From a virus (lineage: Duplodnaviria > Caudoviricetes): a DNA stretch of 64,000 bases. Every line of letters begins with the position of its first letter. Position 1 is the stretch's first letter. Position numbers and translations under genes: made by a program. The DNA lies in the IMG/VR virus record IMGVR_UViG_3300025679_000005, one strand, 5' to 3'. Positions 55,266-63,011 of this stretch are shown one piece after another. The notes below the pieces were generated by a model that made no database searches, was not told the origin of the DNA, and saw only the letters and a list, made by a program, of their open reading frames with translations.

Positions 55266-55408
55266 GTTACGGTCACCAGCTCTAACCCTACAAGCAATAT
55301 ACACGGGTTCGATTCCCGTTGTCCCCTTCGGGGGATATCGTCTAGTGGTTAGGACATTTTCTATTCAAGAAAAACAACGCAAACCTGGTTAGAGCACTCG
55401 ACCGTAAC
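55266..55408 (+). ncRNA. permuted tRNA-Glu-like domain inside a long closing stem
   Basis: Order is T arm, TTCG-capped acceptor, D arm, anticodon-like arm; ends pair as GTTACGGTC/GACCGTAAC and CTCTAACC/GGTTAGAG. Confidence 0.7.
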
Positions 55409-55417
55409 TGAAATCTT

Positions 55418-55449
55418 AGAAAGCCTCCTTTCGGGGGCTTTCTGCTTTT
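55418..55449 (+). terminator. intrinsic terminator
   Basis: AGAAAGCC-TCCTTTCGGG-GGCTTTCT followed by GCTTTT. Confidence 0.65.
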
Positions 55450-55466
55450 GTGGTGTAGGTGGTAAT

Positions 55467-55686
55467 ATGGCGTACACTATCCAAGATCTGTTCGACGACC
55501 CCAGCCTGTGGGAAGGGATGCGGATGCGGAACGTCCCCCAGAACTGCGCTGAGTGTTCCCAGCCCATCCAAGGCAGCTCCTTTCCGGCCCCGAACGATGG
55601 GAAGGTCTGGGAAGGTCTGTGAAGACTGTTATTATCTCCTTCTTGGCAACGAGATAGAGAAGCACCCGTTAGGCAGGACCCCATGA
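55467..55686 (+). CDS. small Cys-rich protein
   Basis: CGKGC...VCEDCY; GGTGTA motif upstream; exact start frame uncertain. Confidence 0.4.
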
Positions 55687-55874
55687 CTTACGTTGAAAAA
55701 CTCCAAGAGTGGACCCGCGACCAGGTCGAGAACCACGGCCTTGTTGATGTGAAATTCTTTGCGGGCAATGGCCTTGACCCGCTCCCCGAGGGGACAACCT
55801 TGGAGCAGCTGGCTGAGCAGGCCTACACGGTCCTGACCTCTGAAGGGGTCGACGTTTCCGAAGAGAACCTCTGA
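55683..55874 (+). CDS. hypothetical protein
   Basis: ATGA overlap. Confidence 0.55.
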   Translation: MTYVEKLQEWTRDQVENHGLVDVKFFAGNGLDPLPEGTTLEQLAEQAYTVLTSEGVDVSEENL

Positions 55875-55938
55875 TGTCCCGACGATTTTACGCGCCTGAG
55901 ATCACGACCGTGCCGCTGACGGCGGCGAAGGAGATCTC

Positions 55939-56121
55939 ATGGCACATCACAAGCGTAGGCGACGCAGGCGAGCTGGTATCAAAGGGCATTGCGGCATGTG
56001 TATGCTCAGGACTACAGACGGTAGGCGCAACGGTCGCCTGCTGACGAAGCAAGAAAAAGCTAATCGGTTGAAGCTGAAGGAGGCTTCCTCCGAGTTGGTC
56101 TGTGAGCCGGATCAAGATTAA
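55939..56121 (+). CDS. small basic protein
   Basis: AAGGAG RBS; CGMC. Confidence 0.55.
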   Translation: MAHHKRRRRRRAGIKGHCGMCMLRTTDGRRNGRLLTKQEKANRLKLKEASSELVCEPDQD

Positions 56122-56560
56122 GTCCGTTGGTCGCTAGGTATGCAGCACCCTTAGTCAGTAGACTTGAACGGTCTTCGAACAAGCCCAATGCCATATTGCA
56201 GCGATTACACAGCAATCCTCGTATAACCCCTGTCGTGTGATCGTGATCTACGACCAGTCCGTAAGTTACGCCTTGTTTGGCTTGACCTGGGCGTCTGGCT
56301 CCTTCGGCGTCTACTTTACAGACTGCACAACAACCCTCTTGAATTTGAAGCAACTGGTCGTATTGTTCAGGAGTTACCCCGTACTTCCACTTAAGGAAGG
56401 CAGTTCGTTGAGCTTCAGGGTAGTCGGGCAGATCTCTGCGTCTTTTACCTCTAGCTCGTGAGCAGGCCTTGCAGTAGGCTTGTTTGCCGTCTGGTCGGGC
56501 GGCATTGTTCCCAAATTCGCTGGCATTTTTGTTTTTCTCACACGCAGGACAGTACTTCAT
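56060..56560 (-). CDS. endonuclease VII-family protein
   Basis: CAVC...VVDHDHTTGVIRGLLCNRCNMALG. Confidence 0.9.
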   Translation of the reverse strand: MKYCPACEKNKNASEFGNNAARPDGKQAYCKACSRARGKRRRDLPDYPEAQRTAFLKWKYGVTPEQYDQLLQIQEGCCAVCKVDAEGARRPGQAKQGVTYGLVVDHDHTTGVIRGLLCNRCNMALGLFEDRSSLLTKGAAYLATNGLNLDPAHRPTRRKPPSASTD

Positions 56561-56621
56561 GTCTTCGCTGTTTCATCAATAGAAAAGGCATGAAGCAGCA
56601 GGGGCGGTGTAGAGTAGGGTA

Positions 56622-57014
56622 GTGGAACTACCTGAAGAAATAGTGCCCGAACAAATACTTGGGCAGGCTTTCGAGTACGAGAGCCTGCTTACGATGCTGG
56701 ACGACATCCAACGCCTTCGGAAGAAGACTGGGTGGATGGTGGCGTCGTCGGATACGGACCAGCATTGTGTGTTCATCCTCGGCAGGGAACACGATTTGAA
56801 CGTCACCTTCTTCAAGTTCGAGAAGAATCGGATGCGTTTGGTGGATTGGCCACGGTCGTACCTAGGGGTCGACCGCATCAAGTACGCCTTCATCAGGAGG
56901 GCAGAGCGCCTGGTATTGGTCAAGGCCTTCAATCAAATACCTCAAGAAATAGACGAGTCCTTACGTGGGGAAGCCCGATCAGTTTGGGAACGGTTATCCG
57001 ATGATGACATTTGA
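56622..57014 (+). CDS. hypothetical protein
   Basis: 130 aa ORF. Confidence 0.55.
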   Translation: MELPEEIVPEQILGQAFEYESLLTMLDDIQRLRKKTGWMVASSDTDQHCVFILGREHDLNVTFFKFEKNRMRLVDWPRSYLGVDRIKYAFIRRAERLVLVKAFNQIPQEIDESLRGEARSVWERLSDDDI

Positions 57015-57378
57015 CGAGGTCACAGTGGACTACAGCGACATCTTCGAGCTACTGGAAGCTGTTCGACAGTACGAGCTGCGACCCAAGGAATCGATCATCC
57101 TCTTGAATTCGGTCAAAGGGTCGGTCCTAGGGTATGTGACAGCTCACCCTGAGTACCCGTCGATTGAATGGGCGATCCCTACGAAGTCTGCCTTGAACTC
57201 CGCCCGAGCCAGGGGGACTAGGGAGGGTGTCCGGATTAGGGAACTCTTAGGAAATTCCCTGGGTAGGAAACAGATCCTAAAAGAGCTTCGGGATGGGTCT
57301 TTGGAGTATGGGATCATGCGGATGCCAGAGCCGGTGGGCCCGCCAAAGCCCAAACAAATGACTATCCCCGGGCTTTGA
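57001..57378 (+). CDS. hypothetical protein
   Basis: Overlaps upstream stop. Confidence 0.55.
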   Translation: MMTFDEVTVDYSDIFELLEAVRQYELRPKESIILLNSVKGSVLGYVTAHPEYPSIEWAIPTKSALNSARARGTREGVRIRELLGNSLGRKQILKELRDGSLEYGIMRMPEPVGPPKPKQMTIPGL

Positions 57379-57432
57379 CGATCGGTGTATATCTCTAACG
57401 GGGCGGGCATTCTCCTGTCCGAAGGAAATAAC

Positions 57433-58263
57433 ATGAGATCATTCATTTTGGTACTGCTGGCGTTCGTGCTGGCTGGGTGCACTAGTTCAGGAACAGGATC
57501 CAGTCATACATCAAAGCCAACAGAAGGTATTGTTGGTAGCGTCGGGCAACCGTTGCATGGCCCGGATTTGGTCAGTGTCCCTTTCAGCGCCACCGTAGGC
57601 GAAGTGGGGACTGGAGCCGAACGGGTAGTGACTTTCTACGACGGTTTCTCGCTTGATACGACAGAGATCACTGAAGACCAGTACGGAGAGTGCTATACGG
57701 CAGGTTTTTGTTCTGCGACGGGGACTGCCGACAATTGCAATTGGGCTGTTACAGGCCATGAAGATTACCCCGTCAACTGTGTTACCTATATCCAAGCTAC
57801 CCAATATTGCGCGTGGGCAGGCAAGCGTCTTCCAACCGCTCCAGAGTGGGAGTACGCTGCGCAATACCCCGAGGATGGCCGTCTTTGGCCCTGGGGCAAC
57901 GATGACTCCAGTTACACTACAGAAACCAACTCAGCAGCGTCCGGCGATGGCTATACGTACACTGCACCAGTTGGAAGCTATCCCGCAGGTGACAGCGCTT
58001 TAGGCCTCAAGGATATGTCTGGTAATGTTTGGGAAATCACCCAAAGTCCTTCGTGCACAAGTGAGACAGGTGCCTGCACGAATTGTCCGGAGGGAGAGAC
58101 GTGCGACGATGCCTGTAATGTTTGCGGGGCCAACACTAGGTCTATGCTGGGCGGCAGCTACGGAGATGGCGTAGCTAAAGTATGGCTGACAACATCCACC
58201 AACGCATTCGACACGACATCCTCAGAGCCTCGTGTGGGTTTCCGCTGCGCTAAAAATCGTTGA
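57433..58263 (+). CDS. formylglycine-generating-enzyme (SUMF1) domain lipoprotein
   Basis: LAGC lipobox; PVNCVT, RLPTAPEWE, DMSGNVWE, GFRCA. Confidence 0.88.
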   Translation: MRSFILVLLAFVLAGCTSSGTGSSHTSKPTEGIVGSVGQPLHGPDLVSVPFSATVGEVGTGAERVVTFYDGFSLDTTEITEDQYGECYTAGFCSATGTADNCNWAVTGHEDYPVNCVTYIQATQYCAWAGKRLPTAPEWEYAAQYPEDGRLWPWGNDDSSYTTETNSAASGDGYTYTAPVGSYPAGDSALGLKDMSGNVWEITQSPSCTSETGACTNCPEGETCDDACNVCGANTRSMLGGSYGDGVAKVWLTTSTNAFDTTSSEPRVGFRCAKNR

Positions 58264-58300
58264 GGTCTGATGTCAACGATTTTTGGTGTAAGAATGAGTC

Positions 58301-59332
58301 ATGTTTTGGCTCATTCTTTTGCCGTTTGTAGTGGCCCTATGGTATCGGATCTACCTCAACCGAGGGCAGACATGGGGCACTCCCGATGAGCGTGTGTACT
58401 CTACGTACGCTCAGAAATGGTCGCCTAGGCAATATCGTGAATTCGTGAGGGTCTTCCTTACGTCAAAAGACCTACAGGTACCCCCCACACGGTACGCTTT
58501 TTTTGGAGTATGCAGGCTATTCGTCGCAAAAGCTAAAGACCCCTATCGTACGGTGACGTGGGTGGCTGCTACCTCCGGAGCCTTAGCAGCCCCAGTTGCG
58601 TACGGTATAACCCACAATCTGGCTTCAGCCCTACTTGTCGGAAGCTCCCCTTTATCTCTCATACTGAGCCGTAGAGCCCTTCAGGACACGTTTGCAGCTG
58701 TCACTGTGCTGTTGAGCATCTACGCCATTTACTCGCAAAATGTGGCCCTTCTAGTAGGATCGACGTGGCTTGCTCTTGCTTCCAGGGAAGCCCTGTTGTT
58801 GTATCTTCCGGCGCTGTTTTTGGCGTGGGGCCTACGCACGGGCCATTGGGTGGTTGGTGCAGGAGCCTTGAGCACCGCCCTCGCTTTTGCGATAGGCGGG
58901 TACTACACTCTAGGAGGGCGTGAATTAGGAGCCATATTCAGAAGACTCCGGGAAAAAACAGACTATGTGCGTAGGATGCAGTCTGGCCTGCCTCATCGAG
59001 TTCTGGTGGATTTAGCCCTGGTATCTCCTGCGACCTTGATAGGAGCCTTGATCGCATGCCCCTATGCTCCTCTATGGCTGGCCGGCTTCTTGGGAGTGGG
59101 GTTGGGGGTACATGCGTGTGTGACCCCTAAAAACGTGCGTTTCTTGCTGGCATTAGACTTATGTGCCAGGATGCTTTGCGCCTGGCTGCCAGGATACGGG
59201 ATTTGGGTTGTCTTGTGTTTAGGTTCATTGGCCGACTTCTGCCTGTACAGGGCTTTCAAAGAGACCCGAGATCCCATCACGCATGATCTTGTGTTAAGAA
59301 CGGGTATGTACCAAACTGGAGAAGTACCATGA
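58301..59332 (+). CDS. multi-pass membrane protein, GT-C glycosyltransferase-like
   Basis: N-term loop with PDE; many TM helices. Confidence 0.55.
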   Translation: MFWLILLPFVVALWYRIYLNRGQTWGTPDERVYSTYAQKWSPRQYREFVRVFLTSKDLQVPPTRYAFFGVCRLFVAKAKDPYRTVTWVAATSGALAAPVAYGITHNLASALLVGSSPLSLILSRRALQDTFAAVTVLLSIYAIYSQNVALLVGSTWLALASREALLLYLPALFLAWGLRTGHWVVGAGALSTALAFAIGGYYTLGGRELGAIFRRLREKTDYVRRMQSGLPHRVLVDLALVSPATLIGALIACPYAPLWLAGFLGVGLGVHACVTPKNVRFLLALDLCARMLCAWLPGYGIWVVLCLGSLADFCLYRAFKETRDPITHDLVLRTGMYQTGEVP

Positions 59333-59562
59333 AAGACAAGCTAGGCGCCCAAGACGCAGTTGACGCAGGTCTCACAACCGAGGTGACCCTACCTGAATTT
59401 CCATGCCCCAAATGTGGTATAGGCATGGTCGATCATAGGACTCACGAGGAGTTCCGGGCTCGCATAGACATAAAAATCTGCTATTCGGACAAGTGCCGTG
59501 CAATCGCAGACTGGACTTCTGGGTCACCTGTGATGACGGATCGAGTCTATAGGCCAAATTGA
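59329..59562 (+). CDS. zinc-ribbon hypothetical protein
   Basis: CPKC...C...C. Confidence 0.5.
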   Translation: MKDKLGAQDAVDAGLTTEVTLPEFPCPKCGIGMVDHRTHEEFRARIDIKICYSDKCRAIADWTSGSPVMTDRVYRPN

Positions 59563-59563
59563 G

Positions 59564-59746
59564 ATGGATGCTTACGAGGCCCTTGCCGCTTACGAGGCCG
59601 GTACCCTGACTCGCTCTGAGCTGGTCTCCCAGCTGGCCCTGCTCCCTGAGGTGCCTTTGGAAGACGCAGCCCTTAGCAGGGATGTGGACTACCTTAGGGT
59701 GGTCATCGACCTGGGGCAGTCCTTCGAAATTCGCGATTGGTGCTGA
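59564..59746 (+). CDS. hypothetical protein
   Basis: 60 aa ORF. Confidence 0.5.
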   Translation: MDAYEALAAYEAGTLTRSELVSQLALLPEVPLEDAALSRDVDYLRVVIDLGQSFEIRDWC

Positions 59747-59778
59747 CCCACTAGTCTGGTTATGGCTTTTCTTAGGTA

Positions 59779-59988
59779 GTGCCAAACCGAACTTTGGGAC
59801 CCTGGGAAAAACACCAACACACCTACAACTGTGACTGCGGCACCTACCCCGAAAGCTCCGGCTTCCGAGGGGTATGGTACTTCCGTCCGAACTCAGAGGG
59901 CGACGAGATCGTCTACGCCTTCTCTGAGGAAGATAAATCGACGGCCGATGAGAAGGCTGTTGATGACGGGTGGGTGATTCCGGTGTAA
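59779..59988 (+). CDS. hypothetical protein
   Basis: 69 aa ORF. Confidence 0.5.
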   Translation: MPNRTLGPWEKHQHTYNCDCGTYPESSGFRGVWYFRPNSEGDEIVYAFSEEDKSTADEKAVDDGWVIPV

Positions 59989-59997
59989 GAGCTGGCT

Positions 59998-60249
59998 ATG
60001 GACGCCAACAAGCTCAAGGTACTGAGGGAGCTTCCCTACAGTATCCACAAGGTTTGCGGGCTCTGCATTCACGGAGATTTCAAGCTCAGTGACTGGGGCG
60101 TCTGCCACAAGGCGGAATACGTCCATGAGAAGCACACTGGTGAGCCTAGGTTTCTCAGCATCAACCAATTCGGTGTGTGTAGCAGCTTCGAGCCTGACAA
60201 GACCAGGGTCGAGCGTCTAGGAGCCTTCAAGGAGTTTTTGGAGCAGTAA
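59998..60249 (+). CDS. Cys/His-rich hypothetical protein
   Basis: CGLC...C...C; GGTGTA motif upstream. Confidence 0.6.
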   Translation: MDANKLKVLRELPYSIHKVCGLCIHGDFKLSDWGVCHKAEYVHEKHTGEPRFLSINQFGVCSSFEPDKTRVERLGAFKEFLEQ

Positions 60250-60312
60250 TTCAAGCCCTATCGGCCCCTTAGGGGAATTGAAAGCATACTTCACTTATAC
60301 CGTGACTTATGT

Positions 60313-61089
60313 ATGCTTTCGAGAAGTGAGGCCGGCAAACTAGGGGCTGCAAAATCCGCTGCAAAATCTAAGGAGAGGTATGAGGCATTCAGAGCCGAGT
60401 ACTTAGCTAATCCGAAGATATGTGGGCAATGCCATGTCGCCTTGCCTTATGCTAAACGGCATAACCAGTACTGCAACCACACTTGTGCAGCCCAACACAG
60501 CAACCCCATCCGCACTACTACAAGGTCTGGACGAAGTGCCTGTGATTCTTGTGCGGGCCCGGTCTTAAAGGGGCGTAAGTACTGTGCGGTGTGTTGGGGT
60601 AACGTTAGCGATCGTCGTAAGATCCTTGTGCTTGATGAGACCAAGACTGATCGGATCCGAAGAAGAATCCTCACGAAAACTCGTGGCCATCGATGTGAGG
60701 TGTGTCACTTAGCAGATTGGCAGGGCCTCCCCATAGCTCTTGACCTGGATCACATAGACGGAAATGCGGACAACAACAGTGAGGGTAACTTACGCCTCAT
60801 TTGTCCGAACTGCCATGCTCAGACTCCTACCTATAAAGGTAGAAACAAGGGCACTGAGAGTACTAGGAGCCTTCTTAGGAAGGCTCGTTACCAGAAAAAT
60901 CTTAAGCCACCGAAAGGTGTTTGGCCGTCTGAGGGGGAACTGTCGAAGATGGTATGGGAGCGCACCGCTACAGAGCTAGCGAAGGAAGTTGGAGTCTGCT
61001 ACAACTCTTTCAGAAAACATTGTAGTCGCCTAGGGATTGCAATGCCTCCAAAAGGACACTGGCAGAGATCACGGGGCGCTGAGGCTTAG
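60313..61089 (+). CDS. HNH endonuclease with C-terminal HTH
   Basis: LDLDHIDG...NLRLICPNCH; WPSEGEL...GHW. Confidence 0.9.
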   Translation: MLSRSEAGKLGAAKSAAKSKERYEAFRAEYLANPKICGQCHVALPYAKRHNQYCNHTCAAQHSNPIRTTTRSGRSACDSCAGPVLKGRKYCAVCWGNVSDRRKILVLDETKTDRIRRRILTKTRGHRCEVCHLADWQGLPIALDLDHIDGNADNNSEGNLRLICPNCHAQTPTYKGRNKGTESTRSLLRKARYQKNLKPPKGVWPSEGELSKMVWERTATELAKEVGVCYNSFRKHCSRLGIAMPPKGHWQRSRGAEA

Positions 61090-61234
61090 GGTCTTGAAAT
61101 TTGGTGTATAGGGCTCCGAGGTCGCAAGGCCTCTAGCGTGACTAGGTCAAGTCCGTTTCTGCGGTAGCGACCTATACGGGTTTGTGGTACAAGCCTACAC
61201 GTGAACCGGCGTCGACCCGGAAACCACAACAATG

Positions 61235-61301
61235 TAGATGTCGCCTAAATGGTAGGCAGCCCGGTCACCGGGTGATAGTTGGTTCGAATCCAGCCGTCTG
61301 C
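61235..61301 (+). ncRNA. tRNA-like RNA with CCCGG-TCA-CCGGG anticodon hairpin
   Basis: Acceptor, D and T arms present; loop only 3 nt if fully paired. Confidence 0.5.
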
Positions 61302-61467
61302 ACAGGGCGTGTCCCCATTAAGGCCACGTCTTAGGGAAGGAGTAATTACCCGCCCCGATCCTCAAGGCCCCAGGAAGTAAGATCGAGAACCTTCCCGCAC
61401 GGGGTTATGCCTTCGACGAAGCATCTCACAGGAACCGCTGAGCGGGCCTGGGTAGCCTTGAGACTTG

Positions 61468-61540
61468 CGAGTGTAGCCTAGCGGTCAGGCAACAGCTTCC
61501 CATGCTGTATCAGGCGGGTTCGACTCCCGCCACTCGCTCC
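61468..61540 (+). tRNA. tRNA-Gly(CCC)
   Basis: Loop TTCCCAT; U73; encoded CCA. Confidence 0.9.
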
Positions 61541-61645
61541 AACCTGGCTGGCGTCCAGGTAGTGCCGACGGCACCGGCTAGAGTAAAGCCGAACAAGGTC
61601 CCGATGCCAAGGGGGTCAACTCACTTCGGTGTAGGATCAGTTACG

Positions 61646-62029
61646 ATGACTTGTCGACACGCTCCCGGGGATTCGAGTTGTAGCTCGCACAGGGACTACG
61701 TGCCACCTTATGATCCCTATAAGGCGCCTCCGGCCACTCCTGATGCTTCGAACTACACGATTGAAGAAGTCGAGCGGATTGGGAAGCACCTAGTGATGAA
61801 GGTGAAGTACCCGAATTGTCGGAGCTGTTCTTTCGAGGGCGTGAAGGTGATGGTTTTCCTCAACGTGACGGAGATGCAGGTCATTCATTGGCGGAAAATT
61901 GACCCGCACTTCAGAGACCCGAAGTCAAGGAATTCAAAGACAGAGGCGCCTAGTCCCGCTGCCCGATTTCCGGGTTCAGCAGATGGCTGGGTCGATGCTC
62001 TGACATATGCCAGGGGCAAAGACCGTTAG
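61646..62029 (+). CDS. hypothetical protein
   Basis: Start after GGTGTA motif; YPNC..C.FEG. Confidence 0.6.
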   Translation: MTCRHAPGDSSCSSHRDYVPPYDPYKAPPATPDASNYTIEEVERIGKHLVMKVKYPNCRSCSFEGVKVMVFLNVTEMQVIHWRKIDPHFRDPKSRNSKTEAPSPAARFPGSADGWVDALTYARGKDR

Positions 62030-62508
62030 GTTATTTTGCCGGTATCTAGGTTAGGGACTCTGGCCTTGAGGAAAGCACGCCAGTGTGTGAACTCCCCAAG
62101 GTCGCCATTCCCTATGCGGCGGTACCAGCCCCAATCTTCATCGGGCTTGAGCATGAGGAATACCGTCCAGCAATCTTCGCCCCAGGAGTCGACACGGTGG
62201 ACGGTGCTGTGATCCATGGCAAATGACTGCCCTGCCCGGTGGGTTATTTTGAGGCCGCCTGGCCGTTCTTCAGTGTACTCACCGGAGAGCACTAGCGACC
62301 GCATGTAGTGCCAGCGGTGCCGGTGGAAGTAATCCCGGGATTCGGCGTTCTCGAAGTGCTGTAGGTACAGTATTTTCGGGATGACCTTGAACTGGGTCAG
62401 CATCGATATCTCTGGGAAGTCAGACCTAGGAACGGTTCGAGCACGATCGGGGAAGGTCTTGCACAGCCATCTACACGTAGAGTCAACTACGGAATTCCAC
62501 GTTTTCAT
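62026..62508 (-). CDS. cupin-like protein
   Basis: FHRHRW...SGEYTEE...HRV. Confidence 0.7.
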   Translation of the reverse strand: MKTWNSVVDSTCRWLCKTFPDRARTVPRSDFPEISMLTQFKVIPKILYLQHFENAESRDYFHRHRWHYMRSLVLSGEYTEERPGGLKITHRAGQSFAMDHSTVHRVDSWGEDCWTVFLMLKPDEDWGWYRRIGNGDLGEFTHWRAFLKARVPNLDTGKIT

Positions 62509-62555
62509 CTCAGGTCATCGTAGCACAAAACTGTGCCTCTGACGCTAAAACTGGT

Positions 62556-63011
62556 TCAGTTGTCTGAAGACGAGAAGGGTGCTGAGCTGACTGACAGTGG
62601 CTTTGGCAAGGACGCCATCTTGAACCAGAACTGGTCTAGGCTTCGGATACAGTCCAAGAGGGTGTCGTAACCCAGCGGCTTGCGGACGTAGGCGTTGCAG
62701 TGGCTGGCGTAGGCCGACACCACGTCATCCTCGGACATCGAGTTCGTGAGGATGATGACGGGGATGGTCTTCAAGCCAGAGTCTCGCTTGATCTCACGGA
62801 GGACCTCTAGGCCTGACTTTTTGGGCAGGTTGAGGTCCAAGAGGATGAGGGTGGGCTTGTTCTCGACCGAGTACAGAAACTGGAGGGCCTCATCACCATC
62901 GGAGGCGACCTCGATGATGATACGGTCCGAGATCTCTTTGATGGCCAGTGAGATTAGCTCCACGTCCTGGTGGCTGTCCTCGACGAGTAGGATATGTACT
63001 TCGGACATCAA
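62556..63011 (-). CDS. single-domain response regulator (Rcp1-like)
   Basis: LVEDS, LLDLNLP, ILTNS, RKP. Confidence 0.93.
   Translation of the reverse strand: MMSEVHILLVEDSHQDVELISLAIKEISDRIIIEVASDGDEALQFLYSVENKPTLILLDLNLPKKSGLEVLREIKRDSGLKTIPVIILTNSMSEDDVVSAYASHCNAYVRKPLGYDTLLDCIRSLDQFWFKMASLPKPLSVSSAPFSSSDN

Larger units (their letters stand above)
574..61633. promoter_or_regulatory. dispersed GGTGTA promoter-like motif (more than 15 copies)
   Basis: Examples at 574, 6642, 11701, 14533, 24418, 26440, 31736, 36804, 50885, 58285, 59982, 61628 (+) and 6610, 21404, 28629 (-). Confidence 0.7.

Noticed and set aside
61305-61340. Pistol ribozyme suggested by GGCCACGT
   Set aside because: The remaining conserved elements and pseudoknot partner were not found
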